Shown here piece after piece: positions 61,113 through 64,000 of a stretch of 64,000 bases of DNA. Both the position numbers and the translations under genes were made by a program. The notes beneath the pieces were generated by a model that searched no databases, had not been told where the DNA came from, and was given only the letters and a program-made list of their open reading frames with translations. The stretch spans positions 105,524,001-105,588,000 of the forward strand of contig JBNRSN020000015.1 of the NCBI GenBank assembly GCA_051313645.2, read 5' to 3'. How positions within the stretch are numbered: position 1 is the stretch's first letter; every line of letters starts with the position of its first letter. Origin of the DNA: Centroscyllium fabricii (lineage: Eukaryota).

Positions 61113-62741
61113 CCATCACATTTAAAAAGTACTTGGATATACACTTGGAGTCCCGTAACCCATGAGGCTACGGACCAAGAGCTGGAAAGTGAGATTAGGG
61201 TGGAAAGCTCTTTGTCGGGTGGCCGGACAAGATGGGCCAAATGGCCTCTTTCTGTGCCATAAATTTCTATGATTCTATGATTTCCACATGCGCTTGCTGC
61301 TGAGATGTGTCTTAAGTCACATACAGACACAAATTGTAAAAGTGTGAGTGTACTGCAGAGGTTTATACAGAAATTTATAGAAGAAACATAAATGCTCTCC
61401 AAATTAGAAGCATGTATATTTGGAAATCTAAGGACTGGGTAGGGCAATTGTTTTCAAAGCTTGGCTGTGTAAAATTTGTGATGGTGTATCCTTGTATACA
61501 GCCATGGTTAAATGCGGTATTGTACATATTACAGTAGATGAGTAACAATCATTACAATGACTGAAAGATGGCGTGCAATTGGTTCCATCAGTCCGGCCTG
61601 TAATTTCGACACTCAGCTGTCCAAAGCTGCCAGTCGGACTGGAGTGCACTCTGCATACGCAGAATGACCAATGAACCAAATCTGCCATCCGTAGGTGAAT
61701 TTTCGCTGGCCGTTCTTCTGCTCGTCCACTGTAACCACAGAAGACCACCCACGGGAACCCAGGTGTAAACGGCGCCCACGCCGCTTTTTCCGGAGGTTTC
61801 CACTGCTCTTCCGATATTGGTACGATGGATGAGCGGGAGAACCTCCTTGGAGATTCATCTCACCCCCAGATGTTTCAGACATATCCTAATTTCCCATTGC
61901 ATTTGTATTGAAGCTGGATCTATTCTCAGCCGTGAGCAAACACAAATTAAAGATTGAGCAAGTAGTCAAAATGGCATCGTTAGCAACCAATACATACAAT
62001 TACCAGAGAAATCACGACATGGAAGCAGGTTGCTTGGCCCAACTAGTCTGTGCTAGCGTTTACCCTTCACGTAAGCAATAGTCTTGATCCCGTGCACCCG
62101 CTCAGTTCCCATATTCCCCTTTTTTCACTGATAAAAGCTATTTCATGGTTAACTTTGCTGCTGATTCCAAGCTTGGGATACCTGTTACAGCTGGTTACAG
62201 CAGGAGCCAGGAACAAGTAAAATAACAATTCAAAAATGTAAACAGGATATTAGTTCAAGTGCAAACAATCCGTTGACTCATGATCTATCTCCTCATTCAC
62301 TGTGTATTCTCCTCTACAGTGAGTCACCTCATTGCAACTGGTGTGATGACAAGAACGGCAATAGTTACAGGAAGCTTTGAAATGTATATGCAGCATCATT
62401 CAGAAAGAACTTTTATTTCCCAAATATTTCCATCTGTTACTTTGTTTGCAATTTTAGTAAAATCTTGGATATCACATCTGATTTTTGGAAAGACCGATTG
62501 TAGTTATGTGCATGCTGTCCCATAAGCAAAGCAGTAATTACATTACAATAGCACCATACTACTGTGCTAACAAAATAAATAAGCAACGCACCTGTAGGAA
62601 GAGGAGGTTACTGGGTGCATCATGATATCTTTATATATGGCACTGTTGGAGTCGATAGAATACAACACGCTGGGAGGCTTCAGTTTTAACAAAGAAAAAC
62701 GTGTCTTGCTTTAAGGAGACTCCACAAGGTCTGAACAGGTT

Positions 62742-63432
62742 ACATAGAAACATAGAACATAGGAGCAGGAGTAGGCCATTCGGCCCCTTGAGCCTGCTCC
62801 ACTATTCAATGAGATCATGACTGATCATCCAAACTCAGTACCCCGTACCTGCCTTCTCTCCATATCCCTTGATACCTTTACCTCTAAGAATTATATCTAA
62901 CTCCTTCTTAAATATATTTAATGACTTGGCCTCAACTACATTCTGGGGTAGAGAATTCCACAGGTTCACCACTCTCTGGGTGAAGAAATTCTTCCTCATC
63001 TCTTTCCTGAATGGCCTACCCCTTATCCTTAGACTGTGCCCCCTGGTTCTGGACTCTCCGACCATCGAGAACATTCGTCCTGCATCTAGTTTGTCCAGAC
63101 CTCTCAGAATTTTATAAGTTTTGATGAGATCCCCTCTCATTCTTCTAAACTCCAGCGAGTGTAAGCCCAGTCGACCCAATCTCTCCTCATACGTCATTCC
63201 TGCCATCCCAGGTATCAGCCTTGTGAATCTTCGCTGAACTCCTTCCATGGCAAGAACATCCTTCCTCAGATAAGGCAACAAAACTGCACACAATACTCGC
63301 GGTGTGGTCTCACCAAGGCCCTGTACAACTGCAGCAGGACATCCTTGTTCCTGTACTCAAACCATTTCGCTATGAAGGCCAACATACCATTTGCTATCTT
63401 CACTGCCTGTTGCACCTGCAAGCTTACCTTCA
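62742..63432 (-). mobile_element. CR1 3' fragment
   Basis: ORF 62835-63293 is nearly identical to the C-terminus of 14748-15518. Confidence 0.92.
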
Positions 63433-64000
63433 ACAGAGGAAAGTAAGGAGATGCAGGGTAAGCAACAAAGTGGTGGGATGGATTGAGAACTGGCTGGCTC
63501 AAAGGAAGCAGAGGGTAGTGGTAGAAGGCCAATACTCGGGCTGGAGACCGGTCACCAGTGGGGTACCACAGGGGTCGGTGTTGGGGCCACTACTGTTTGT
63601 AATCTTCATCAATGACTTGGAGGAGGGGACTGAGGGGTGGGTCAGCAAGTTTGCGGACGACACAAAGATAGGGGGAGAAGTGGATGAGGAGGAAGGAGGT
63701 AGGAAGATTCAGAGGGATATAGACAGGATGCAGAGCTGGGCTGAAGAATGGCAAATGGAGTTCAACACGGGGAAATGCGAGGTGATGCACTTCGGCAGGG
63801 CAAATAGGAAGAGGGAATATAGGGTCAATGGCAGAATCCTGAGTGAAGCAGAGGAGCAAAGGGATCTGGGAGTATATGTACACAGATCACTGAAGGCTGC
63901 CACCCAGGTGGACAAAGCAGTGAAAAAGGCCTATGGTGTATTGGCCTTCATCAACAGGGGAATAGAGTTTAAGAACCGGGAGGTCATGCTGCAGCTGTAC
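63433..64000 (+). mobile_element. Young CR1 RT region, same family as 32945-34183, running off the window
   Basis: High nucleotide similarity to 33010-33575; [14 protein letters not shown]. Confidence 0.92.

Larger units (their letters stand above)
59540..61282 (+). mobile_element. CR1 3' fragment split into 59540-59662 and 61113-61282
   Basis: TTTCACCCAGAGGGTGG..GGCAGAGTCC resumes at CATCACATTTAAAAAGTACTTGG; (TTCTATGA)n tail. Confidence 0.85.

Noticed and set aside
63420-63445. Twin-priming inversion at a head-to-head CR1 junction
   Set aside because: The two sides are different CR1 families covering overlapping RT regions, so they are independent insertions

Overview
Eukaryotic, not prokaryotic: a transposon-saturated vertebrate interval, almost certainly from a cartilaginous fish (HE1/V-SINEs, SacSINE1-like DeuSINE, LF-SINE, esterase-ORF1 CR1 LINEs). 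No host gene could be identified with confidence. It holds one CR1 with both ORFs intact (3361-7434), two more near full-length and many truncated CR1s, three full-length Gypsy LTR elements, one truncated Gypsy and two solo LTRs. It also holds about ten PIF/Harbinger-type MITEs with a decayed Harbinger transposase, two Tc1/mariner-type MITEs, a Rex1 fragment and a 5S-derived SINE, with deep nesting. Most notable: (1) a conserved UUUAAAC/GUUAAAC slippery heptamer abutting the CR1 ORF1 stop, with ORF2 open in the -1 frame, suggesting programmed frameshifting; (2) a CsRn1-clade element whose gag-pol is inverted relative to its LTR/PBS/PPT, with the breakpoint at a PBS-integrase microhomology; (3) Mag-like Gypsy elements with no tRNA PBS but a covarying hairpin at the U5/leader junction, and a YLDN RT motif; (4) a 5S-headed SINE with a Rex1-like tail. 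Family names come from recognition by eye, not database searches; boundaries without a stated TSD are approximate.
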